A DNA stretch of 63,192 bases from Sulfuricellaceae bacterium (GCA_050177075.1 JBFXHL010000003.1:1-63192), one strand, 5' to 3'. Positions 27,552 through 37,473 are shown, counted from the first letter of the stretch. Numbers and translations: made by a program. The notes: generated by a model from the sequence alone, not told the origin.

Positions 27552-29459
27552 TTAAAACTGGAAGTATTTTCCCAGCACCGCCTGCACTTTGCGGCCCTGT
27601 CGAAAAGCCTCCTTCAGGATGCGGCGGTCCAGGCTATTGAGGGAATCGGGGTCGACCCGGTTGGATAGGGGAAGGCCTGCCCCAGCCTGTTCGTGCTGAA
27701 GACGCAGGCGCAGGAGCTGGATGAACAAAAAGGCCTCCACCCAGCCCTCCACCTCTGCCGAATTCAGCTTCCACACTTCCCCCGCTCCGCGCAGGCGCCG
27801 AATGGTGCTGGCCTCCCCGATACCGCCGTAGAGGCCGAATATGCGCGCCGCGTCGACGAAGGGCGTGATGCCGTTGAGCTTCAGGTCCAGGGCATGGTCC
27901 TCGCCGACAGTGAAATCCCGCACCATCCCCAAGGGCGGGCGGTTGCCCAGCGCATTTTCCGCCATCAGCTTGAGAAAGTGGCGGCTGTCCTTGATTTTGT
28001 CCTGGAGCCATCCTCGCAGGTCCTCCGCCAAGTCGGCGCGGCCATGAAGCGCCCGGAAATCGAAGAATATCGAGGCATGAAGCAATACCGGCTTATCGCC
28101 GCGAAATATCCAGTCGGCGAAGGTGTCTTTCCATTCTTGTCCCGACAGACACCACCGAGGATTGGAAGCCATGATCCCCCCCTTGCACAGGGGGAAGCCG
28201 CAGGCCGCCAGGGCATCGTTGATCCCCTTCGCCAGCGGCAGCAGGATCGCTCTCAGCGCCTCCGCCTCTCCGGCACTCCCCGCTTCGAAGAGGATACCGT
28301 TGTCCTGGTCCGTGTTCAGCGTCTGTTCGAACCGCCCTTCCGAGCCCAGGGCCAGCCAGCAGTATTTCCCCGCGATCCGCTGCCGCGCCGACATCGGCAG
28401 CCGCGCCTCTTCCAGTTCGATGATCCGGCTGGTCAAGAGGTCGTTGAGGGTGGAGAGAATTTGGGTTAGCTGTTCCGCCGCCACGCCCTGCGCCAGCATG
28501 TTGTGGGCCAGTTGCCGGATGTCCTTGACCGCCTGCTGAAGGGTGGGCAGGTCGGCGGCTTCCCGTAGGGTGCTGCTCAGTTGCCGCAGGCCTATCCGTT
28601 GCAGGGTGAACAGGTCCTTTTCCGAAACCAGGCCGACCAGTTGTTCGTTGTCGGTGACCAGGACGTGGCGGAAGCCTTCCCGGGCCATCACCAGGGCCGC
28701 TTCGTAGGCCAGGGCCTGGGGGGGTAGCGATACCGGGTGGGGGCTCATGACGTCCCGTATCGGGGTGGCCAGGTCGATGGCCGCCAGGGCGACCCGGTCC
28801 AGGACGTCGTGGAGGGTGAAGATGCCCAGGGGGCGCTGCCGTTCGTCCACGACGATCATGGAGCCAATGCGCTTTTGCTGCATGGTTGCAAGGACGTCCC
28901 GCAGGGGGGTGGTGGGGAGGGTGCTGACGGGTTGGCGCCGCAGAAGGGCGGACAGGGGAGTGTCCATGGATTGCTGCGCGCTGCTGCTCTGGCTGTAGCG
29001 GGCCTGGATGATGTGCTTGGATTGTTCCAGCAGGCTGGCAATGCGCCGGGTGCAGAAGTCGTGGAAGGGGGGGCTCTTTTGCAGCAGAACGGCAAAGTCT
29101 TCGGCAGGCAGTTCGTAGCAGAAGGTATCCTCTTTAGCCCGATAGACGCTGGATACCGGCCGCTTGGAGAGCAGGGCGCCGAGGGGAAAGCATTCCCCTT
29201 CCACCAGTTCCCACCGGGCTTCGTCGCCTTCGACCCGGGCTACGTCCTGTTCCCCCTGCACCGCGCCCTGTTTGATGATGTAAAAACGGCTCACTTGTCC
29301 CTGCTCTGGACCCAGCACTACCTCCCCTTTGCCGTAGTACCCCAGCTTCAGCCTCCCCGCCAGCCATTCCAGGTCCTCCCCCTCCATCTGGTCGAACGGC
29401 GCGTGGCGCCTCAAATGGTCAATTAGCGATTGAAGAAGGGGGCGGGGAGAGGTAGTCAT
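27552..29459 (-). CDS. cNMP-binding + tandem CBS + DUF294 putative nucleotidyltransferase, paralog 2
   Basis: Trimmed to MTTSPRPLLQSLIDHLRRHAPFDQMEGEDLEWL. It is 635 aa, the same length as paralog 1. The central roughly 250 aa are identical and the C-terminal domain is diverged. Confidence 0.88.
   Translation of the reverse strand: MTTSPRPLLQSLIDHLRRHAPFDQMEGEDLEWLAGRLKLGYYGKGEVVLGPEQGQVSRFYIIKQGAVQGEQDVARVEGDEARWELVEGECFPLGALLSKRPVSSVYRAKEDTFCYELPAEDFAVLLQKSPPFHDFCTRRIASLLEQSKHIIQARYSQSSSAQQSMDTPLSALLRRQPVSTLPTTPLRDVLATMQQKRIGSMIVVDERQRPLGIFTLHDVLDRVALAAIDLATPIRDVMSPHPVSLPPQALAYEAALVMAREGFRHVLVTDNEQLVGLVSEKDLFTLQRIGLRQLSSTLREAADLPTLQQAVKDIRQLAHNMLAQGVAAEQLTQILSTLNDLLTSRIIELEEARLPMSARQRIAGKYCWLALGSEGRFEQTLNTDQDNGILFEAGSAGEAEALRAILLPLAKGINDALAACGFPLCKGGIMASNPRWCLSGQEWKDTFADWIFRGDKPVLLHASIFFDFRALHGRADLAEDLRGWLQDKIKDSRHFLKLMAENALGNRPPLGMVRDFTVGEDHALDLKLNGITPFVDAARIFGLYGGIGEASTIRRLRGAGEVWKLNSAEVEGWVEAFLFIQLLRLRLQHEQAGAGLPLSNRVDPDSLNSLDRRILKEAFRQGRKVQAVLGKYFQF
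28259..29015. repeat. Perfectly identical tract shared with 21724..22480 (copy B)
   Basis: See copy A. Confidence 0.85.
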
Positions 29460-29541
29460 CGGTGCGAACGCTCCGGCCGTGGGGTTGGTGGGGATTATCG
29501 GCCATGGGGAGGCCCGGGCACAATACGTCTGCGACGGGCAT

Positions 29542-29572
29542 AAAAAAACCCCCGCCATTTTCCAGGCGGGGG
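29542..29572 (-). terminator. Rho-independent terminator after groEL
   Basis: Minus strand reads CCCCCGCC-TGGAAAAT-GGCGGGGG followed by TTTTTTT, about 27 nt after the groEL stop. Confidence 0.8.
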
Positions 29573-29598
29573 TTTGGGGGCGGGGTCGCCGGGACGGC

Positions 29599-31248
<1,650 letters not shown>

Positions 31249-31270
31249 CTAAATCGATTCCTGAAATACC

Positions 31271-31561
31271 TTAACCTTCGACCACGCCCATGATGTCTTC
31301 TTCGCGCATCACGAGCAGCTCTTCGCCGTCGACCTTGACGGACTGGCCGGAGTATTTACCGAAAATAACTTTGTCGCCGGCCTTCACTGCCAACTGGCGC
31401 ACTTCGCCGTTGTCCAGCACCTTGCCGGTGCCGACGGCGATGATTTCGCCCATGTCCGGCTTTTCCGCGGCGTTGCCGGGCAGGACGATGCCGGAAGCGG
31501 TCTTCTCCTCGGCTTCCAGGCGCTTGACGATCACGCGGTCATGCAAAGGACGAATTTTCAT
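31271..31561 (-). CDS. groS: Co-chaperonin GroES
   Basis: 96 aa. [28 protein letters not shown]... Confidence 0.99.
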   Translation of the reverse strand: MKIRPLHDRVIVKRLEAEEKTASGIVLPGNAAEKPDMGEIIAVGTGKVLDNGEVRQLAVKAGDKVIFGKYSGQSVKVDGEELLVMREEDIMGVVEG

Positions 31562-31650
31562 CAGTTACTCTCCTTGGTTTCGATTGATGATTTCCAAAGT
31601 CCGGCGCGCCATGACGACGAGCCGTTTTAATGTGTTCGGGAGGGGTCTTA

Positions 31651-31677
31651 TTAGCACTCGCCTCCGAGGAGTGCTAA
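31651..31677. promoter_or_regulatory. CIRCE element (HrcA operator), perfect match TTAGCACTC-N9-GAGTGCTAA
   Basis: Read directly as ttagcactc gcctccgag gagtgctaa. Lies 90-116 nt upstream of the groES ATG. Confidence 0.9.
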
Positions 31678-31678
31678 T

Positions 31679-31706
31679 AATAGGGGCGGGTCTTTCAAAA
31701 TTCAAG
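31679..31706 (-). promoter_or_regulatory. Sigma-32-type heat-shock promoter for groESL (CTTGAA-N14-CCCCTATT)
   Basis: Minus-strand reading is CTTGAA ttttgaaagacccg CCCCTATT, compared with the consensus CTTGAAA-N13-15-CCCCATNT. It abuts the CIRCE element. Confidence 0.6.
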
Positions 31707-31789
31707 AGGGCCCTCGTCATTTCCCCGGCGGGGCCGGTCCGAATTCCCCTGGCGTATAATGACGCCTTCCCCGCTCTCGCCATCAATCC

Positions 31790-33097
31790 ATGGACAATCA
31801 GGAACTGCTCACCCGCTCCCTCGGCGCCGTCTGGCACCCCTGCACCCAGATGAAGCGCCATGAAACCCTGCCCCTGGTTCCCATCGCCCGGGGCGACGGC
31901 GCCTGGCTGTACGACTTCGACGGCCGGCGTTACCTGGACGGGGTCAGCTCCTGGTGGGTAAACCTCTTCGGCCACTGCAATCCCCGCATCAACGCCGCCC
32001 TGAAGGACCAGCTGGAAAAGCTGGAGCACGTCATCCTGGCGGGCTTCACCCACCAGCCGGTAGTGGAGCTGTCCGAGCGGCTGGCGTCCCTGACGGGGCT
32101 GGGGCATTGTTTTTACGGTTCCGACGGCGCCTCGGCCATCGAAATCGCCCTCAAGATGAGCTTCCACTACTGGCGCAACAGCGGGCAGGGCGCCAAGACC
32201 GGCTTCGTCAGCCTGGCCAACAGCTACCACGGCGAGACCCTGGGAGCCCTGTCGGTGACCGATGTCGCCCTGTTCAAGGACACCTACGCCCCCTTGCTGC
32301 GCCAATCGGCCCAGGTTCCCAGCCCGGACTGGCGGCTGGCGGAAAAAGGGGAGAGCGGCGAAGCCTATGCCCTGCGGGCGGCGGCGGCCCTGGAGCGGCA
32401 CCTGGCCGCCCACCACGGCACCACGGCAGCCCTGATCGTCGAACCCCTGGTCCAATGCGCGGGAGGCATGGCCATGTATCACCCGGCCTATCTGCGCCAG
32501 GCGCGGGAGCTTTGCGACCGCTACGGCGTGCATCTGATCGCCGACGAGATCGCCGTCGGCTTCGGCCGCACGGGTACTTTCTTCGCCTGCGAGCAGGCCG
32601 CCATCAAACCCGATTTCCTCTGCCTGTCGAAGGGCATTACCGGCGGCTATCTGCCCCTATCGGCAACGTTGACCACGGATGCCGTCTACCAGGCCTTCTA
32701 CCACGACGAAACGGCGAAGGGCTTTCTCCACTCCCACTCCTACACCGGCAACCCCCTCGCCTGCCGTGCCGCCCTGGCAACCCTGGCGATTTTCGAGGAG
32801 GACGGGGTCATCGCCGGCAATTGGGCCAGGGCCGCCCGCTTCACCGAGCTGCTGCAGCCCCTTGCCCATCACCCTCGGGTCCGAGATTTTCGCCACACAG
32901 GGATGATCTGGGCCTTCGAGGTGGATTCCACAACGGCCGATTTCTCCAGCCGCTTTTTCAGGGCGGCCCTGGACAAGGAATTGCTGCTACGCCCCATGGG
33001 CAATACGGTGTATTTCATGCCCCCCTACATCCTCGGCGAGGAGGAGATGGCTCTGCTGGCCAAGCGTACTACGGAACTCCTGGAAAGCTGCCCTTGA
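31790..33097 (+). CDS. bioA: Adenosylmethionine-8-amino-7-oxononanoate aminotransferase BioA
   Basis: 435 aa. VWHPCTQMK, SSWWVNLFGH, DEIAVGFGRTG and CLSKGITGGYLPLSAT (PLP lysine). Confidence 0.93.
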   Translation: MDNQELLTRSLGAVWHPCTQMKRHETLPLVPIARGDGAWLYDFDGRRYLDGVSSWWVNLFGHCNPRINAALKDQLEKLEHVILAGFTHQPVVELSERLASLTGLGHCFYGSDGASAIEIALKMSFHYWRNSGQGAKTGFVSLANSYHGETLGALSVTDVALFKDTYAPLLRQSAQVPSPDWRLAEKGESGEAYALRAAAALERHLAAHHGTTAALIVEPLVQCAGGMAMYHPAYLRQARELCDRYGVHLIADEIAVGFGRTGTFFACEQAAIKPDFLCLSKGITGGYLPLSATLTTDAVYQAFYHDETAKGFLHSHSYTGNPLACRAALATLAIFEEDGVIAGNWARAARFTELLQPLAHHPRVRDFRHTGMIWAFEVDSTTADFSSRFFRAALDKELLLRPMGNTVYFMPPYILGEEEMALLAKRTTELLESCP

Positions 33098-33614
33098 AAC
33101 GGCGTCCCAGGGCCAGCACCTGGGCAGGTATCCTCAGGCCGGCCTGGCGGGCGCTTTCCACATTGAATTCCATCACCACCCGGTTGTTCTCCGTCACCAG
33201 CCCGATCATGCCGCCGCGGTCGATAAAACCGCTTTCGCCGATGGTCAGCAGGCCGTATTCCACCCTCAGCGGATGGGGCGCTGCGCTGCGATAGCCCATC
33301 ACCAGCGCTTGGCACTGCCGCGAGTCCTTTTCACTCTCGATCTGCTCCACGTGTACCCGGTGCCCCTGGGCAAGACACCCCTCCAGGCGATTCAGGGCAT
33401 AAACCCAGTCCCCCGCCAAGCCGACATGGCAAAGGCGCAGGGAGGCATCCGGCGCAAGGGATGCCGCCGGCCACTCCACCAGCTTGAGCAGATTGAAGAC
33501 GAAGGCGGCCTTCACCTCCGGCTCTTCAAACTCACCCTCCGCCCCGTGGGAGAGGAGGCTAGGGAGCAAGCAGGCCAGCGCCACCAGGAATTTGGCCAAG
33601 AAGCGCGCCTTCAT
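33069..33614 (-). CDS. YfiR-like periplasmic protein (DUF4154)
   Basis: 181 aa. Signal peptide MKARFLAKFLVALACLLPSLLSHG, then EVKAAFVFNLLKLVEWP, which is typical of DUF4154. Starts 1 nt after the TonB-receptor stop. Confidence 0.7.
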   Translation of the reverse strand: MKARFLAKFLVALACLLPSLLSHGAEGEFEEPEVKAAFVFNLLKLVEWPAASLAPDASLRLCHVGLAGDWVYALNRLEGCLAQGHRVHVEQIESEKDSRQCQALVMGYRSAAPHPLRVEYGLLTIGESGFIDRGGMIGLVTENNRVVMEFNVESARQAGLRIPAQVLALGRRFKGSFPGVP

Positions 33615-33615
33615 C

Positions 33616-35595
33616 TCAGAAATGTACCGTCATCTTGAGGCGCACATTGCGCCCGTTTTGCAGCATGCGATCACGGGGCACCGGCATCAGGCTATCCGTG
33701 GCCACCGGGTCGGCGTACTCCTTGTCAAACAGGTTATAGAGGCCCACGGACGCCTCCCAATGATGCTTCTTGGGCTGGTAGACCATGCTTAGGTTGGCGA
33801 TCCCGTAGCCCCCCACCTCGCCGGTTCCCGTGGCGCTCCGCCTGCGGCTGACCGTCTGGGCCTCCACCCCGGCCAGCCAATCGCCGCCGACAGGGTAGGC
33901 CCAATTGAATTTGGCCATATGGCGGGGGGCATTGTCCGGCCGACCGTTATCCCCCTGCGGCATTTGGAGGGAGTAGCCCAGTCTCAGGCTGGCTTGGCTG
34001 TCCCAGCGCTTCTCGTACTCGACTTCCACCCCCCGCGCGGTGAGGGTGGGGAAGTTCTGCGCCACCCCGGAGCCCTCAGTGGCGATCATGTCCTGCACCC
34101 GGAAAACGTAGCCGGTTAGCGTCAACCGGCCGCCGCCCAGGCGTTGCTCCCAAGTGCCCTCAACCGACTGCATGCGCTCCGCCGTCAGGTTGGGGTTGCC
34201 GTAGGGATAGGTTGCCGTGGTGTAGTAGCGCTCGTAGACGCTCGGGTCGCGAAAAGCCGTGGCATAAAGCAGTTTGAACGTACCCGCGCGCTCGCTGTGA
34301 TGGACCAGCCCCAAGCGGGAACTCCAGTGGCTTTGCAGGTCCGTCGCTTTATCGTGGCGCAGGCCCAGGGTGAGCTGGGTCTCCGGCTGAAGGCTGATCT
34401 CATCCTGCAGGTAGACGCTGAACTGGCGACCGTTCCGCCGATCATCCAGGCACGGAGCGGCGCCGGCGCCGAAACATCCCACCCCGATGTCGTCGTTGAG
34501 CTGGTTTTGGCGGGTATTCCTCTTATATTCGAAACCCACCGTCCAGCGCTGGCGACTCCAGGCCGTGGAAACCAGGCGGCTTTCCAGGCCCCACCAGCGC
34601 CCTTCGGCATCGTCATGGTTAACGACATAGGGCGGGTAGTCGTAGGGGTAATACCCCTGATAGCGGTAACGGCCCAGGTAAAGCCGCGTATGCAGCTCGT
34701 TCTTCCCGTCCAGGCGTAAATCATTGCCGGCTTCGGCCAAGCTATATTCATCGTCCTCGTGATGGGCCGGGTCGTTGAAGACGCTGCCATAACTGCCGGT
34801 GGGAACGGTCCGCTTACGCCGGCTATGAATCAACGTTGCATACCACTCATCGTGCCGGAGGCGCACCAGTACCTTGCCGCCGCTTTCACCGTCAGTGCCG
34901 CGAGCCACCGGGTCCAGGCCCAGGGAGGCCATTTCCGGGAAGCGGACATTGTGTCCGTCAGCTTCGAAACCCGTCAGAGAGAACAGGTAGTCGGTTCCGT
35001 TAGCACTCACTCCGCCCCAAGTTCCCCGTAGCTGGTTGGACCGGCCGGTCCCCATGCTCAACGCCGCCTCCGCGCCGCCCACGGACCGGCCACTGCGGGT
35101 AATCACATTGATCACGCCGAACATGGAATCGCCGCCGAACACGGAGGCGCTGGGCCCCCGAACCACCTCGATGTGGTCCACCAAGTCCAGATCAAGGGGA
35201 AACGCGCTGTCGATGGTGGCGCTGGAGTAGATGTTCTCGTTAATCGCGGTGCCGTCGATCAGCACCTGAAAACGCGAGCGATAATCCCCCGGCACGGATA
35301 CCCCCCGCACTCCGGCGTAGGAATAAGTATGGTCGTCGGTGACCGTGAACCCCTGCAGGGAGCGCAGGGCATCGGCCAGGGTTCGCCAGCCGAAAGCGCG
35401 GATGTCTTCGGCGCTGAGGATAGATACCGCGGAAGGAATGTCTTCGGCCTTGGTGGCGAACTTCGGCGTGCTGATCACACGCAGCTTGAGCAGCTCTTCC
35501 AGAGGCAGCTCGGTTAAGTCCTGATGGCTCTCTGCGCTTGCGCCTTGGCTGCAGAGAGCGAGCGCCAACGTCAATGGAAGCAGCGTGCCTTTCAT
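33616..35595 (-). CDS. TonB-dependent outer-membrane receptor
   Basis: Trimmed to MKGTLLPLTLALALCSQGASA. Plug-domain motifs (IEVVRGPSASVFGGDSMFGVINVITR), a beta-barrel, and a C-terminal aromatic residue ...LKMTVHF. Confidence 0.9.
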   Translation of the reverse strand: MKGTLLPLTLALALCSQGASAESHQDLTELPLEELLKLRVISTPKFATKAEDIPSAVSILSAEDIRAFGWRTLADALRSLQGFTVTDDHTYSYAGVRGVSVPGDYRSRFQVLIDGTAINENIYSSATIDSAFPLDLDLVDHIEVVRGPSASVFGGDSMFGVINVITRSGRSVGGAEAALSMGTGRSNQLRGTWGGVSANGTDYLFSLTGFEADGHNVRFPEMASLGLDPVARGTDGESGGKVLVRLRHDEWYATLIHSRRKRTVPTGSYGSVFNDPAHHEDDEYSLAEAGNDLRLDGKNELHTRLYLGRYRYQGYYPYDYPPYVVNHDDAEGRWWGLESRLVSTAWSRQRWTVGFEYKRNTRQNQLNDDIGVGCFGAGAAPCLDDRRNGRQFSVYLQDEISLQPETQLTLGLRHDKATDLQSHWSSRLGLVHHSERAGTFKLLYATAFRDPSVYERYYTTATYPYGNPNLTAERMQSVEGTWEQRLGGGRLTLTGYVFRVQDMIATEGSGVAQNFPTLTARGVEVEYEKRWDSQASLRLGYSLQMPQGDNGRPDNAPRHMAKFNWAYPVGGDWLAGVEAQTVSRRRSATGTGEVGGYGIANLSMVYQPKKHHWEASVGLYNLFDKEYADPVATDSLMPVPRDRMLQNGRNVRLKMTVHF

Positions 35596-35765
35596 CCTTC
35601 TCCCCTGGATTCCGCCGCTACTCAGTGGTGATATTCTGGCCTGAACAGCAACCCTAAAAACGGCAAAAGTGATACGCCGCGATTCTACACAAGCCCGCCA
35701 CCCGTTGCCACAAATCGCTAGCCGCCAAGGCCACGGGAAAAGCGGCTCTTTCCAGCTGGTAGCGG

Positions 35766-36077
35766 CTATATCAGGGTAAAGGCGAAAACGAAGGCGATCC
35801 CCACCATTACCGTGAGGCCAACGAGAAACAGGGTATCCGCGATGTTTTCCATGCGCCGGCTGTTCTGCTCGAAGCGCAAGGCGACATAGGAAAAAAAGGC
35901 GCTGCCGAGAAAGAACAGGCTGTTGATGGCAAGAGCGACATCCACCAGGGTCGTTTCCTTGGTGCCGACCGCCTTGAAGACCCTCACCAGCCCGATAACC
36001 GTCATGCACACTCCCACCATGGTGGTGGAGTTCTGCAGGATATCCCGGGCCAGGCCCTTGACGCTCTGGTTGTCCAT
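35766..36077 (-). CDS. Small hydrophobic protein (103 aa, about 3 predicted TM helices), unknown function
   Basis: Track ORF trimmed to MDNQSVKGLARDILQNSTTMVGVCMTVIGLV... The ATG lies 3 nt after the lysA stop. I recognise no family. Confidence 0.5.
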   Translation of the reverse strand: MDNQSVKGLARDILQNSTTMVGVCMTVIGLVRVFKAVGTKETTLVDVALAINSLFFLGSAFFSYVALRFEQNSRRMENIADTLFLVGLTVMVGIAFVFAFTLI

Positions 36078-36079
36078 GA

Positions 36080-37330
36080 TCAGGGCAGGGGCCGCTCCAG
36101 GGCGTAAAGAAGTTCCACCGTCTCCCGCTGCCGCGCCAAGTGGACGATATCGCCGTCCACCATCACTTCGGCCGCGCGCGGGCGGGTGTTGTAATTGGAA
36201 CTCATGCTCATGCCGTAAGCACCGGCGGACATCACCGCCAGCAGGTCGCCCTCCATCAGGGACAGGCGCCGGTCGTGGCCGAGGAAATCGCCGCTTTCGC
36301 ACACCGGGCCGACGATTTCGTATTCATATTCCGGCGTTTCTTCCCCTCGCGGCATCACCGGCAGGATGTCGTGCCAGGCATCGTAGAGGGCGGGACGGGC
36401 CAGGTCGTTCATGGCGGCGTCCACCACGGCGAAATTCCTCGCCTCGCCGTGCTTGAGGTACTGCACCCGGGTCAGCAGCAGGCCAGCGTTGCCCACCAGG
36501 GAGCGGCCAGGCTCGATCAGCACTTGTTGGCCGCGGCCCGAGAGGCCGGACAGCAGGGTTTTGACATAGTCCTGGGCCGAGGGAGGGGTTTCGTCGGTAT
36601 AGCGAATGCCCACACCGCCGCCGAAATCCAGGTGATGGAATTCGATGCCGTCCGCCTCCAGGGATTCCACCAGGGTCAGCACCCGCTCCACCGCATCGGC
36701 AAAAGGCCCCAGCTCGGTGATCTGGGAGCCGATGTGGCAGTCGATGCCGCGCACGGCCAGGTTGGGCAGCTCCGCCGCCAAACGGTACACCCGCCGCGCC
36801 TGGTCGTAGGCGATGCCGAACTTGCTGTTCTTAAGCCCGGTGGAAATGTAGGGGTGGGTCTTGGGGTCCACGTTGGGATTGACCCGCAGGCTCACCGGGG
36901 CGGTCTTCCCCATCTCCCCCGCGATGCGGTTGAGATGATGGAGTTCGCTTTCCGATTCGACGTTGAAGCAGAGGATGCCCTTTTCCAGGGCGAGGCGGAT
37001 TTCGGCATCGCTCTTGCCGACGCCGGAGAACACCACTTTACCGGCTTCCCCGCCCGCCGCCAGCACGCGCTGCAATTCGCCCCCCGAAACAATATCGAAG
37101 CCGGCCCCAAGACGGGCAAAAACGTTCAGCACCGCCAGATTGGAGTTGGCCTTCACCGCATAGCACACCAGGTGAGGGTGCTCGCCAAAGGCTTGGTCGT
37201 AAGCTCGATAAGCGGCGCTGAGGGCTGCGCGGGAATAAATGTAGGTGGGGCTACCGTGGGCGTCAGCGATGTCACGTAAGCGCACACTCTCGGCATAAAG
37301 TTCGCCGTTGCGATACTCAAAGGGGTTCAC
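36080..37330 (-). CDS. lysA: Diaminopimelate decarboxylase
   Basis: 416 aa. YAVKANSNLAVLN (PLP lysine), HIGSQI, GGGVGIRY and CESGD motifs. GTG start overlaps the lptM stop. Confidence 0.96.
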   Translation of the reverse strand: MNPFEYRNGELYAESVRLRDIADAHGSPTYIYSRAALSAAYRAYDQAFGEHPHLVCYAVKANSNLAVLNVFARLGAGFDIVSGGELQRVLAAGGEAGKVVFSGVGKSDAEIRLALEKGILCFNVESESELHHLNRIAGEMGKTAPVSLRVNPNVDPKTHPYISTGLKNSKFGIAYDQARRVYRLAAELPNLAVRGIDCHIGSQITELGPFADAVERVLTLVESLEADGIEFHHLDFGGGVGIRYTDETPPSAQDYVKTLLSGLSGRGQQVLIEPGRSLVGNAGLLLTRVQYLKHGEARNFAVVDAAMNDLARPALYDAWHDILPVMPRGEETPEYEYEIVGPVCESGDFLGHDRRLSLMEGDLLAVMSAGAYGMSMSSNYNTRPRAAEVMVDGDIVHLARQRETVELLYALERPLP

Positions 37331-37473
37331 TGCTTCTGTTCCGTTTGCGGGGCGGGTTTGGCCGCCTCCTGTTTCGACGGCTGCTGGGTAGGGGGGGGCA
37401 GGTAAAGGTCACCCTTCATGCCGCAGCCGGCAAGCACGAAAGAGAAGGAAACTAGCAAAGGGGTAAGGCGCAT
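37327..37473 (-). CDS. lptM: Small lipoprotein LptM/YifL-like
   Basis: 48 aa. MRLTPLLVSFSFVLAGCGMKGDLYLPP has a lipobox followed by the conserved GxKGxLYLP. Conserved position upstream of lysA. Confidence 0.8.
   Translation of the reverse strand: MRLTPLLVSFSFVLAGCGMKGDLYLPPPTQQPSKQEAAKPAPQTEQKQ

Noticed and set aside
31755-31760. A perfect TATAAT hexamer 30 nt upstream of bioA, inside a small palindrome GGCGT-ATAATG-ACGCC.
   Set aside because: There is no acceptable -35 element at 16-18 nt spacing; the sequence there is GGCCGG. A promoter is plausible but not supportable as a feature.
35596-35765. Possible cobalamin or other riboswitch in the 170-nt leader of the TonB-dependent receptor.
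   Set aside because: I could not find a B12-box-like core (AGYCMGGAGACCKGCC or GCCACTG context), nor the conserved helices of any riboswitch class I know. The leader is also too short once a promoter is allowed for.
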